From NCBI GenBank assembly GCA_951406725.2, contig OX597827.1, positions 50,158,001-50,222,000 of the forward strand: a DNA stretch of 64,000 nucleotides. Direction: 5' to 3'. Source of the DNA: Octopus vulgaris (Eukaryota). A program made the translations under genes and the position numbers. Position 1 is the first letter of the stretch; each line of letters begins with the position of its first letter. The notes under the pieces are model-generated. The model had not been told where the DNA came from. It saw nothing but the letters and a program-made list of their open reading frames with translations, and did no database searches. This document shows positions 43,253-52,081 of this stretch, piece by piece.

Positions 43253-44948
43253 AGCAAAGTAGATAAACATAGTAAGACTTGAGACATATTTACATGGAAC
43301 ACAAAATACAAATATAAAATAAAGAAAATTTATCTGTAATGAAAGGACACTGTGTAATGTGTTATTTCGACAGCTTATTCAAAAGACTAAACTTACGTAA
43401 TAACCATGTTCGTAGGTGATGTGCATGATATCATAGATATGCAGTCCAGAGGAGATTGTTAAGTAAATTTGGCCTTCCTTTTCAAAAACAGTGGCAAGTG
43501 CGTGTCGTTTAGTACTGTTTACAAATATAAAGAGAACAGAGAGGAATAGTGGTTGGCGGAAATAGACGGAAATAGTGAAAGACAGGGAATAGTTTAGAGG
43601 CAAGACAGGGATAAACCGATATAAAGAAGTTAAATTTTTTCATTATATATAATTTTTCGTTATTTTACAATCTGCATTTTGTGCTCCATGCCAATATATG
43701 TCTCAAACCTAACAGTATTTATTTCCCTTACTACCTTCATAATAGCTCGATTTGGAGCTCTTATAGGAACTTCCGTGCTGTGGTCTCGACCATGGATGAT
43801 GAAGTTGGAATTTAAGCCTTATGAGTGAAATTGTATCGACAGAAACTGTGATGAATCTCGTAAGCGGGGCATTCGTGTTCGTGGGTGCTTAACTTAATCC
43901 ATCACTCTATTTACTACCGCCACTGACAACACTTGCTTCCTAAAACGGTTGCATCTTGACTGTAGAAACATTACTAAAATTTGTCAAGAAACCTGTGGGA
44001 AGTGACTGATTGTACAGCTGGTATACATTGAGTCTTTGCTCAGAAAATATCATCCCTTATATGTTAACAATGTTTGCACACGAGCTAACTTCCTTAACAA
44101 CTATGCGGTTGTGTATTTGGTCTTTTGCGGTATATCACAGAACTATATATCCCGCTCGCAAACTGTACATCCACATTGAAGAACACCTTCATACAAATTC
44201 TCCTTTACGGTCAGTATTAAAATCACGCAATTAATAAGTCAAATCTCGCATCAATATCAGACATCATATATATAAAAGACCCCCTTCGGTCATGAATGAC
44301 CATGGGATTGCACCTAGAAAGTTACCCTCCTAGACACAAGTCCGGGCAAGGTTGTTTATGGAAGACCAGCAGTCGCCCATGCATACCAGCCTCCCCTCTC
44401 CACGCCACCAGTGTTATCCAAGGGAAAGACAAAGGTCGATACAGCTTGGCACCAGTGACGTCGCAACTCATTTCTACAGCTGAGTGAACTGGAGCAACGT
44501 GAAATAAAGTGCTTTGCTCAAGAACACGACACGCAGCCCGGTCCGGGATTCGAGCTCACAACCTCACGATCGTAAGCTCGACGCTCTAACCACTGAGCCA
44601 TGCGCCTTCACACGCATCATATATATATATATATATTGCCAGATATATAGTGATCTACATAATCTTAATATTCACTTTTTCTTCGTAAACGCTCGATAAA
44701 GCAGAAATATTGAAATGCAAGTCTGTTTACTCTTTACTCTTTTACTCTTTTACTTGTTTCAGTCATTTGACTGTGGCCATGCTGGAGCACCGCCTTTAGA
44801 CGAGCAAATCGACCCCGGGACTTATTCTTTGTAAGCCCAGTACTTATTCTATCGGTCTCTTTTGCCAAACCGCTAACTTACGGAAACATAAACACACCAG
44901 CATCGGTTGTCAAGCAATGTTCTGGGGACAAACAGTGACACACAAACA

Positions 44949-45012
<64 letters not shown>

Positions 45013-45670
45013 CATATATACAACGGGCTTCTTTCAGTTTCCGTCTACCAAATCCACTCACAAGGCATTGGTCGGCCTGGGGCTATAGCAGAAGACACTT
45101 GCCCAAGATGCCACGCAGTGGGACTGAACCCGGAACCATGTGGTTGGTTAGGAAGCTACTTACCACACAGCCACTCCTGCGCCTATGTTTGTTTCACTTT
45201 CGTTCTCATTTCTTCATTTCCAAGCACCATTGCTTTGTAAAAACACAAGCACATGTATGTTCGTACTGTATGCGTATATGTACATGTAAATGTGTGTGTA
45301 AGTATGTATGTCCGTACGAAAAATATTTGTTTATACTTATGCTGGATATTTTCTCTCTTTTTTTTTTTTTTACCTCGAACAGCTCAACAACATGTTATCT
45401 TGCAAACCAGCTGTGGATCTGTTTGAGTACTTGGTTATAGGATTTGTATGTGGTACAGTTGATGCGTTCAACGGATTTTGGTTTGGTCTTGGCTGGTTCG
45501 TATTATTTTTTATTCCGGGAATAATTTTTTCAGTTAAACTTGCAAAATACTACCACAGAATGACTTTGTGTGACGAAGAGGATTCAAGTGACATACAAAT
45601 GACCTATAATAACCAAGGATATGATTCACCACGATCCCCTTTGCCTTATAACAAAGTTGGGCAAATGTAG
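3694..45670 (+). CDS. PROM1: Prominin-family pentaspan membrane glycoprotein (PROM1/CD133-like), 5'-partial, 15 exons: join(3694..3760,5534..5629,7061..7233,10563..10637,14095..14158,15158..15249,16624..16700,20393..20545,23691..23820,26266..26351,31624..31705,34609..34746,37290..37496,39234..39383,45383..45670)
   Basis: Manually spliced. Every intron is GT..AG, phases join into one open frame of 1878 nt. Prominin hallmarks: TM3-loop-TM4 '[42 protein letters not shown]', 'FNDIPE', and 'CKP...[32 protein letters not shown]'. Many N-x-S/T sequons. The symbol denotes the family, not proven orthology. Confidence 0.93.
5534..5629 (+). CDS. prominin exon (N)[31 protein letters not shown]
   Basis: ttttatag| acceptor, |gtaagt donor, 96 nt, phase 1-1. 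Confidence 0.85.
6165..6360 (+). mobile_element. SINE family B, old copy
   Basis: GCCTTTCATC.TTTCGGGGTCGATAAA core; flanked by imperfect ATCC(A/G)TGTAAA(T/C)ATTT duplication. Confidence 0.8.
7061..7233 (+). CDS. prominin exon (N)[14 protein letters not shown]...[21 protein letters not shown]
   Basis: ttattag| and |gtaaga; Cys pair of the first large extracellular loop. Confidence 0.88.
7438..7641 (+). mobile_element. About 200-bp Penelope pLTR-like repeat carrying a minimal type I hammerhead
   Basis: TTT-CTGATGA-A-GAGC-tcc-GCTC-GAAAC-GTT-AAA at 7501-7533; second copy inverted at 51556-51761. Confidence 0.75.
7501..7533 (+). ncRNA. minimal type I hammerhead ribozyme motif
   Basis: Core CUGAUGA/GAAA, 3-bp stem I, 4-bp stem II, palindromic AACGTT in place of stem III. 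Confidence 0.65.
7917..8037 (-). ncRNA. hammerhead-like motif with about 95-nt stem II (pLTR copy)
   Basis: AGAC-CTGATGA-gtgactatat...atatagccat-GAAAC-gtgc-GTG-GTCT; mirror copy at 10071-10190 has CTTATGA. Confidence 0.6.
8074..8479 (+). mobile_element. SINE family A, full length, inserted in the left Penelope IR
   Basis: Family consensus; absent from the right IR. Confidence 0.92.
10563..10637 (+). CDS. prominin exon [25 protein letters not shown]
   Basis: tttttcag| and |gtatga, 75 nt, phase 0-0. Confidence 0.87.
11553..11931 (+). mobile_element. tRNA-derived SINE family D in a (TA)n tract
   Basis: tRNA-like head TGGCCTAGTGGTTAG...GGTTTCGATTCCC followed by an unrelated body. Confidence 0.8.
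12047..12450 (-). mobile_element. SINE family A
   Basis: reverse complement of family consensus, head truncated. Confidence 0.9.
12475..12868. mobile_element. Foldback MITE with about 145-bp terminal inverted repeats, within (TA)n
   Basis: TGCTTTC...GAAAGCA ends; arm TATGGCGTTCACCGTGCAATGACTA / TAGTCATTGCACGGTGAACGCCATA. Confidence 0.85.
13050..13322 (+). mobile_element. SINE family A, degenerate and 5'-truncated
   Basis: similarity to family body and tail. Confidence 0.75.
14095..14158 (+). CDS. prominin exon [21 protein letters not shown]
   Basis: ttttag| and |gtatgt; conserved FNDIP motif. Confidence 0.9.
15158..15249 (+). CDS. prominin exon (D)[30 protein letters not shown]
   Basis: ctttcag| and |gtaagg, phase 1-0. 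Confidence 0.85.
16624..16700 (+). CDS. prominin exon [25 protein letters not shown](W)
   Basis: ttttgtag| and weaker |gttggt donor; supplies the phase 0-2 needed to join its neighbours. Confidence 0.75.
17142..18386 (-). mobile_element. mariner transposon, full length, transposase pseudogenised
   Basis: TIR TTGGGTCATCCCATAAAT / ATTTATGGGATGACCCAA with TA flanks; WILHKLS (WVPHEL-like) and [13 protein letters not shown] motifs; frameshifts and stops. Confidence 0.93.
20393..20545 (+). CDS. prominin exon, TM3 and cytoplasmic loop LAIIVPFGC...GTCG...[16 protein letters not shown]
   Basis: tttacag| and |gtgagt; signature PT.R...SN.GG..LM. Confidence 0.95.
20789..22920 (-). mobile_element. R4/Dong-clade LINE, degenerate and internally deleted (RT fragments joined to the endonuclease C-terminus and 3' UTR)
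   Basis: '[13 protein letters not shown]', 'GTKDQL', '[10 protein letters not shown]', 'PVVIGALG...[10 protein letters not shown]'; ends at (TAA)n. Confidence 0.88.
23691..23820 (+). CDS. prominin exon, TM4 [43 protein letters not shown]
   Basis: ttttctag| and |gtaggt. Confidence 0.94.
23965..24175 (+). mobile_element. partial copy of the MITE at 50167-50576
   Basis: Shared ACACATTCTACCAGTATACGAAGTTTAAAAGTGTTTAG and terminal GAAAAGATCC. Confidence 0.8.
24176..24822 (+). mobile_element. three SINE family B copies (nested or tandem)
   Basis: copies at 24176-24406, 24407-24583 and 24611-24822. Confidence 0.9.
24984..26129 (-). mobile_element. non-autonomous Helitron-like element
   Basis: Minus strand starts a|TCTGTATATATAAAA plus (TG)n, ends with a GC-rich subterminal hairpin-like sequence and CTAG|t; no TSD. 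Confidence 0.7.
26266..26351 (+). CDS. prominin exon [28 protein letters not shown]
   Basis: tttccag| and |gtaaat. Confidence 0.9.
26744..27183 (-). mobile_element. 5'-truncated RTE-clade LINE, C-terminal frame intact
   Basis: '[18 protein letters not shown]...[10 protein letters not shown]...AMMDREVWR'; (TGA)n tail; GTGAGT duplicated at 26738-26743 and 27184-27189. Confidence 0.9.
27561..28213 (+). mobile_element. SINE family A interrupted by an antisense family B copy (27799-28028)
   Basis: ACTTGACAAC duplicated on both sides of the B copy. Confidence 0.92.
29005..29153 (-). mobile_element. SINE family B, 5'-truncated
   Basis: family 3' half. Confidence 0.85.
29272..31320 (-). mobile_element. 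probable Helitron-like element with internal tandem duplication (29968-30251) and nested inserts
   Basis: 3' end hairpin ACCCGC-gcgtaga-GCGGGT followed by CTAG|t on the minus strand; 5' end inferred at the (TA)n-AAAACTG junction. Confidence 0.55.
29317..29690 (+). mobile_element. RTE-type LINE 3' UTR (or derived SINE tail) ending in (GAT)n
   Basis: Three GCACG(T/A)AAAAA..CACC subrepeats and GGCGTTAGGAAGGGCATCC; related to the tail at 37655-37880. Confidence 0.75.
31624..31705 (+). CDS. prominin exon (S)[27 protein letters not shown]
   Basis: ctctcag| and |gtatgt; conserved Cys. Confidence 0.88.
32501..32598 (-). ncRNA. hammerhead-like motif with long stem II in an AT-rich Penelope-like remnant
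   Basis: AC-CTGAAGA-ttgactgtaacca...tggttacgggcat-GAAAC-gatc-GTA-GT; palindromic ACGATCGT. Confidence 0.6.
33800..34150 (-). mobile_element. R4/Dong-like LINE RT C-terminal fragment
   Basis: '[14 protein letters not shown]...[13 protein letters not shown]' (LY.PR..GGRGL motif). Confidence 0.7.
34609..34746 (+). CDS. prominin exon [21 protein letters not shown]...[10 protein letters not shown]
   Basis: gacag| and |gtaagt, 138 nt open. Confidence 0.87.
35212..36048 (-). mobile_element. internally deleted mariner retaining the N-terminal HTH ORF (35522-35881)
   Basis: Near-perfect TIR CGAGGGGCGTTCAATAAGTAATGCC with TA TSD; '[24 protein letters not shown]...GRP'. Confidence 0.93.
36200..36445 (+). 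mobile_element. old degenerate SINE-like repeat
   Basis: GATTGGCATCCTGTTCAG..GGAG and GATAAGCTCC..CCTCATGAGCC resemble central and tail domains of ancient SINEs. Confidence 0.4.
37290..37496 (+). CDS. prominin exon [11 protein letters not shown]...[10 protein letters not shown]
   Basis: atgcag| and |gtaagt, 207 nt open. Confidence 0.88.
37655..38112 (-). mobile_element. RTE-clade LINE 3' end
   Basis: '[10 protein letters not shown]...VEG...PKKTW..MVK.D' plus 3' UTR ending (GAT)n. Confidence 0.8.
38300..38830 (-). mobile_element. L1/Tx1-type ORF1 fragment, degenerate
   Basis: '[11 protein letters not shown]...[18 protein letters not shown]...W' aligns by eye with ORF1 at 61004-61671. Confidence 0.6.
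39234..39383 (+). CDS. prominin exon [17 protein letters not shown]...[10 protein letters not shown]
   Basis: tttcag| and |gtaaga, 150 nt open. Confidence 0.9.
40485..40706 (+). mobile_element. SINE family B
   Basis: family consensus. Confidence 0.9.
41599..41829 (+). mobile_element. SINE family B, full length, with TSD
   Basis: TATATTTCCGT(T/C)GACT at 41580-41595 and 41830-41845. Confidence 0.93.
42373..43213. mobile_element. head-to-head inverted pair of SINE family A (42373-42784 minus, 42843-43213 plus)
   Basis: family consensus in both orientations. Confidence 0.92.
44276..44611 (-). mobile_element. tRNA-derived SINE family C
   Basis: Minus-strand head TGGCTCAGTGGTTAGAGCG...GAGCTCGAATCCC, CORE-like TTCTTGAGCAAAGCACTT; CATCATATATATA on both flanks. 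Confidence 0.85.
44728..45183 (-). mobile_element. SINE family A, full length
   Basis: family consensus. Confidence 0.92.
45383..45670 (+). CDS. prominin terminal coding exon: end of second loop, TM5 and cytoplasmic tail
   Basis: Poly-T tract then aacag|; NGFWFGLGW...VKLAKYY motif; TAG stop at 45668-45670. Confidence 0.95.
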   Translation, partial: LNNMLSCKPAVDLFEYLVIGFVCGTVDAFNGFWFGLGWFVLFFIPGIIFSVKLAKYYHRMTLCDEEDSSDIQMTYNNQGYDSPRSPLPYNKVGQM

Positions 45671-45679
45671 AGAACACGC

Positions 45680-45685
45680 AATAAA
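45680..45685 (+). promoter_or_regulatory. candidate proximal polyadenylation signal AATAAA (alternatives at about 48095-48161)
   Basis: Hexamer 10 nt after the stop; a cluster of AATAAA followed by T-rich sequence near 48100-48200. Confidence 0.3.
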
Positions 45686-45811
45686 GTAAAAGATGCTGCA
45701 CTGCAGCTGCAGGAAATGAGTGTACTGTTGCTGCAGCTACTACTACTACTACTATTACTACTAACTACTAACGTGGCAGCCAACATCTTTCAAGATTGTT
45801 GGCCTTCTTTT

Positions 45812-47910
45812 CTACTGTAGGCACAAATTCTAAAATGTTTGTGGAAAGGGAAAGTCGATCACATTTATGGACCCCGAAAGTATGAAAGTCGAAGTCTACC
45901 TCTCGGCGGAAATTGAACTCGGAACGTAATGACTAGCTAAATACCGCTAAGCATTTCGTATTATTACTACTACTACTACTATTATCATTATTATTAGTAG
46001 TAGTAGTACGAAATGCTTAGCGGTATTTCGCCAGTCGCTACCTTTTGAGTTCAGATTCCGCCGAGGTTGACTTTGCCTTTCATCGTCTCATCCCCATCGT
46101 AGCACATTTTGTGAGTCCAAACTCCATCTTAATATCATTGGAGAAAATTCGCACAGACTGGTCTAGGCTGTCCAGTTCTGGGCTCAGTTTCTGTGAATAG
46201 CTTCGAGTTGTCCATGTGGTTCTGTTTTCCTTTACCTCTTCCCAGATCACACCCCAACTTTGTTTTCTGTGGTATTTCATTTAAGGCGATCATTCCCAGC
46301 ACAAATATCAGTGAGGACACACTGACCCAGGAAAATAACTATCTTGATTTTCACCTCTCATAATACTTGATTCCGTGCTGTCAATTCCATTCTCTTGCAT
46401 TTCCTGCTATCCCATATAAGGCTTCTCATATTTTCTTCTACTCCACGCATTTCCATTGTTTTTATTATTCAAGAGTGTAGTATCATATCTATTCATATCG
46501 TATGCTTTACGATAGTCAATCCATGCCATGCTCAGATTCGTGTGTCTTCTCTTGCAGTTCCTCCTGGTAATTAAATTATCAAGTAAGAGCTGATCCTTCG
46601 TTCCCTGGCTCCTCATTCGGCACCTTTTCTGTTCAATAGGTAGTTACCCACTGTTTTCCAGATATCTATACAGATCGCCGACCAACGCAACTGACATTAG
46701 TTTCCACATTAGCATTATTATTATTATTAAGGCGGTGAACTTTCAGAATAGTTAGCACGTCGGGCAAAATGCTTAACGGAATTGCGTCCGAATTTACGTT
46801 CTGAGTTCAAATACCACCGGGATCGACTTCGCCTTTCATCCTTTCGAGATCGATAAATCAAGTATCAGTTGAGTACTGGGGTCGATGTAATCGACTATCT
46901 CCCTCCTCCAAATTTCAGGCCTTGGGCCTTTAGTAAAAAAGATTATTATTATTATTATTGTTGTTGGTGGTGGCGAGCTGGCAGAATCGATAGCGCAATG
47001 GACTAAATGCTTAACGGTATTTTGCCCATCGGCCAGTTGGCAGAAACGTTAGCACACCGGGCGAAATGCTTAGCGGTATTTCGTGTACCGCTACGTTCAG
47101 GGTTCAAATTCCGCCGAGGTCGACTTTGCCTTTCATCCTTCCGGGGTCGATTAGATAAGTACCAGTTACGCACTGGGGTCGATATAATCGACTTAATCCG
47201 TTTGTCTGTCCTTGTTTGTCCTCTCTGTGTTTAGCTCCTTGTGGGTAGTAAAGAAATAGGTATTTTGCCCATCGCTAGGTTCTGAGATCAAATTCTGCCG
47301 AAGGCAACCAACTGGCCGAATTGTTAGCTCGTTGGACGAAATGCCTAGTGGTATTTCGCCCGTCGCTACGTTCTGAGTTCAAATTTCGCCGAGATCGACT
47401 GTGCCTTTCATCCTTTCAGGGTCGATAAATTAAGTGCCAGTTGAATATTGGGGTCGATGTGATCGACTATCCCCCTCCTCCAAAGATCCAGGCTGTGTAG
47501 AAATGATTATTAGGGCAGCAAACTGGCAGAATCGTTAACATGACGGGTGAAATGCTTAGCGGTATTTTGTCTGCGCTACGTTCTGAGTTCAAATTCTGCC
47601 GAGGTCGACCTTGCCTTTCATCCTTTTGGGGTCGATTAAATAAGTACCAGTTACGCACTGGGGTCGATGTAATCGACTTAATCCGTTTGTCTGTCCTTGT
47701 TTGTCCCCTCTGCGTTTAGCCCCTTGTAGGTAGTAAAGAAATAGGTATTTTGTCTGCCGCTACGTTCTGTGCTCAAATTTCGCCGAGAACGACTGTGCCT
47801 TTCACCTTTCGGGGTTGATAGATTAAGTACCAGTTGTGTACTGGGGTCGATGTTATCGACTGTTCCCCTCCCTACAAAATCCAGGCCATGTGCCTATAGT
47901 AGAAAAGATT
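45812..47910. mobile_element. cluster of about 8 SINE family B copies or fragments plus an R4/Dong RT fragment (46082-46712, minus)
   Basis: Repeated family core; RT fragment '[34 protein letters not shown]'. Confidence 0.88.
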
Positions 47911-48669
47911 ATTATCAACACCTGATTTAACTTTGTTATGAAATCTAAATTGATTAAATGTGATTTATAAATTATGCTTGATTGCATTTTGAACCTTTGT
48001 TTACTTATTACACAGAAAGTGTATCTAATCAGTTTTCATTCAATCCTTTCTTACTTTCAATTCAATTTTCTTTTCTTTCTCGTATGACTTTTAAAATAAA
48101 TGTTAATTACAATATGAATACCTTTCATATATATATATGAAATAAATAAATGAACAATAAAACTAATTTTCTGGAAGAAATTTCTCCGTTTTTGTTTTTA
48201 TATGATTCACTTCATTTCGGAGTCTCAAGACCTTTAATATTGTTTTCATGCTATTAGCATAATATTCTAGAGAAAATGCTTTTGTTAAAATGTATTCGTT
48301 GATTTGAGCTGCACATATCACCGTTTTCTGAGAACTGAGTATGTTAAGAACGTAAATATTTCAGTTTAAAATCATTGAACCCTATTATGATATTTTTAAC
48401 CAGTATTGATATTTCCGTAAAATGTTTCGCACAACAAATTAGAATTGTTTACTAGGCTTTCGATTCAGCGTCAGACAAACTGTTTTTAACCCCCAATTAA
48501 CTATATGTTTTTCATGCTGAAAGCAACCAAAGGATAATTGTGAATACTTCTAATGTTGTTATTAGTTCTTAAATTCTAGTTGAAATTTTGTTAATATCAA
48601 TTTGTTGAAAACACGCTTTTCTGTTAAAACTTGATATAATTTTACAGTTTTCATATATCTTATCTACAT

Positions 48670-48786
48670 CTTTTATCTGTTCCTTGCTTCAGCAAGTGAA
48701 CTGCGACCGTACTAAAGCACTTCACCGAACCGCTAAATTACGGGGATGCAAACATGCCAACACTGGTTGTCAAGCAATGAAGGAGA

Positions 48787-48861
<75 letters not shown>

Positions 48862-48946
48862 AGGCAGCCTTCCACAGTTTCCGTCTACCAAATTCACTCA
48901 GAGCATCGGTCGGCCCGGCGGAGCTATAATGGAAGACACTTGCCCA
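48670..48946 (-). mobile_element. SINE family A, degenerate
   Basis: family similarity. Confidence 0.75.
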
Positions 48947-49439
48947 AACCAAACCAAACCAAACCAGCGCCTATATGCCCATTAACCATAAAGATATTTT
49001 CTAACATTGACAAACGGTCTGAAATCCCAGTGACTTTTTTTCTGTATAAAAGAACATGCATTAGCCTTGTCACCACAATTGGAAATTTTTAATAACCGCT
49101 TTCAAGTGCTATTACAAAAAATGAAACCAACTAACCATCTATTGTTATTTTAATTCACAGTTCACTGTTTACACTTAATCTATACAAAATGATTTAGTGG
49201 CAAATATATAAATGGTCCATTACAACAACACAGCTACGTTTATATATACATTTCTTTGACAAATCAACAAACTTTAATTATTTGATTTTATATAAATTTC
49301 TAATTAGTTTTGTTCGATCTCCAATGTTATCATATCAAATTAGCTTTTTTAAAGATACTGGGCTTGTTTTTTACAAGCCAGTTCTCCCTTTAACTTTGAA
49401 AATATATATAAAAACTCGGTGCGGTTGCTAGTTTACTCA

Positions 49440-49850
49440 TCGACCACCCGATAATGCAACAGGTTGTACTGGGTTACATGTTACCATAAGCGTTCAAGAG
49501 CGACCTCACCTCAAGACCGACATGACCTCAAGGGCGACCTGACCTTAAGAGCGACGTCTTTCTTGCCACTTGATTCTGATCATCATCCTATAACAGCAAG
49601 GACCAGATTACCACCGAGATATAAGAAAACTTACAAGACAAAGAAAATTCCCTTTGCCTAGTCTACACTAAACACAAAAGAGAACATCAGGGAAAATTAC
49701 GCAGTTGAAATTAGTAACACATACCATGCTCTCCAAGGTTAATCAGCCAACGAATTGTTTGGGAACACCATTGAAGTAAAAGGAAAAAAAAAAGCAGAAT
49801 TCAACAAACCTTTGAAACTGCGAAAAGTAAAGTGGGTTCCATGAAAAAAC
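49440..49850 (+). mobile_element. RTE-like LINE fragment (end of APE endonuclease)
   Basis: 'LDSDHHPITA' (SDH motif) and 'YAVEISNTYHALQ'. Confidence 0.6.
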
Positions 49851-50166
49851 CAAGAAATGGTGGTTTTATATCCTGCGACAGGTTGGTGTGCATAAATTAT
49901 GTAGCGGAGGTTTAATCAATATGTTCACACGACGTACTTCGCGAGACTACCAAAACACTCTCCTTTTCTTTATTTAGCCAAACAGGGCCTAACATAGAGG
50001 CAACAAACAAGGATGGACAATGTAGGAGTAAAAAAAAAAAACGAATGAAAGGGTTATGGAATTGAAAAATGAAATGAACGCCACTCGTTGTGTGTGTGAT
50101 ATTTCTTTCCTTGATAAATCTTGTGCTGTTGCTGGGGGTGGGGGTGACAGCCTCACTTCATGTCCT

Positions 50167-50576
50167 GGATCTTTTCGGTTTGAACGGCAGTTTTTTCTAG
50201 CGGTGTCGTTTGAAATTGTCACCCATAATTATGACCCTGGTATCGATCTATTGCATTTCAATCTGTTTTAGGGTTAGGAGTGGGGGAAGGGTATCTTTTT
50301 TTCTTCACAAATGTAAATAAACCCAATCTGTTTCTTAAACGAGGGACATGTTCATACGACACAGAATGTTTTCACCTCAATAGACGTCGTTGATTGGTTT
50401 AAATTGCAGAAACTGAAGAATAACAACAACAAATATCTTACAAAATATAGAATTTTCTCAAAAAAGCCAAGAGAAAAAGATGTTTTGTAAACACATTCTA
50501 CCAGTATACGAAGTTTAAAAGTGTTTAGTTAGGTGGAAATTATTTTTAAAAACTGCTATTCAAATCGAAAAGATCC
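50167..50576. mobile_element. 410-bp MITE with GG-terminal TIRs and 8-bp TSD (Merlin- or hAT-like)
   Basis: GGATCTTTTCG.TTTGAA / TTCAAATCGAAAAGATCC; CATGTCCT at 50159-50166 and 50577-50584. Confidence 0.88.
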
Positions 50577-51078
50577 CATGTCCTTTTCTCTTATACAGTG
50601 TCATTTAACTGTTTACGTATCACATTAACTTACAGTTCATTATTCCTTTTTTTTTTTGCATCATTTTTTTAAAAAGTCCGTATTTAAAAATTCTTTAATA
50701 TTTCACTTACTTTCTTTTACATTAGATAGTCTATTATGCTCTCAAATGCCTCCAATGGTGGCAACTCGTCGAATCGAAACTGTAATGGTGATATATCTAT
50801 CATTTCCCCGAGTAGTTCCTTCAACTTTTCACCTTTCTCTTTTACAAGCAAGACTGCTTTTAATCCTTCATTGTATTCATTGGGTGCTAACTTCACCCTA
50901 ATTACATTTTTCATTTTGGTGATCTTTTTTTTCAATCTCCACATTTTTTCTGTACTGTATCCTATGATACAGTTTTTTTCGTAAGTGTTTTCCCTTCAGT
51001 GATTCTTTCTGATTTCCATCACTAATCTCATCATTCTCCAACTGAATTTGCTACGCTGTCTGATGAACGAATCTGAAG

Positions 51079-51099
<21 letters not shown>

Positions 51100-51109
<10 letters not shown>

Positions 51110-51512
51110 ATGTTATGTCTGTGTTTGTGCCCTCATTACCGCTTGACAAGCAGTGTTGGTGTATTTACGTCCCCATTACTTAGCGGTTTGGGGAAAGAGG
51201 TTGATAGAATAAGTATTAGGCTTAAACAAATAAGTCCTGGGGTTGACTTGTTCCACTGAAACACTTCAAGGCTGCAGTCAAAACGGTTGACAGAAGTCAA
51301 ACATTTAAACGAATAAAAGAATATACTCTCTCTTTTTACTCTTTTACTTGTTTCAGTCATTTGACTGTGGCCATGCTGGAGCACCGCCTTTAGTTGAGCG
51401 TATCGACCCCAGGACTTATTTTTTGTAAGCCTAGTACTTATTCAATCGGTCACTTTTGCTGAACCGCTAAGTTACGGGAACGTAAACACACCAGGATCGG
51501 TTGTCAAGACAA

Positions 51513-51515
<3 letters not shown>
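51100..51515. mobile_element. tail-to-tail SINE family A 3' halves
   Basis: 51100-51320 plus, 51335-51515 minus. Confidence 0.8.
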
Positions 51516-51555
<40 letters not shown>

Positions 51556-51557
<2 letters not shown>

Positions 51558-51761
51558 GTGAATCCAAACATGAAAATACAAAGAGAAAGGACAACAACGC
51601 GAGGACGTGGAACAAGTATATGTTATTGGACGTCCAGGAAAGGAAAGAGAGGAGGATTTAACGTTTCGAGCGGAGCTCTTCATCAGAAACAGAGGAAAAG
51701 GAAAGATCTAAGGAAGGGAAGACGGAGGAAAAAATCGCCAACGATACATACGCGGTCACAT
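51556..51761 (-). mobile_element. second copy of the 200-bp hammerhead-bearing repeat
   Basis: 51657-51689 is the exact reverse complement of 7501-7533. Confidence 0.8.
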
Positions 51762-52081
51762 ATAAAAAAAATTTGCCATAAAGGCATGATACGGAGTAGC
51801 TTGCGGGCTGGACAGAAACATTGATGAGGTGAATGATGAAATAAAATGATATTCATGGGAGAAGACAAAAAAACGCCCGCCGATTTTTTGCTTCTCTAAA
51901 ACATTATTTTTTAACACAAAAAACAACCGAGGTATTGAACCTCTTACTTCCGTTTTACAATTATTGGACTTGATAGTCCATTTACAAATTAAAACATTAT
52001 TATTTTTAGCACAGAAAACAAACACAGGCATTGAACATCTTACTTCCGTTTTTACAATTATTGGACTTAATAGTCCATTTA

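Noticed and set aside
50266-50279. TTTAGGGTTAGG telomere-like motif (also AACCCTAACCC near 55540)
   Set aside because: Only two units, inside a MITE or isolated
50717-50944. 75-aa minus-strand ORF, possibly a retroelement ORF1 remnant
   Set aside because: No diagnostic motif
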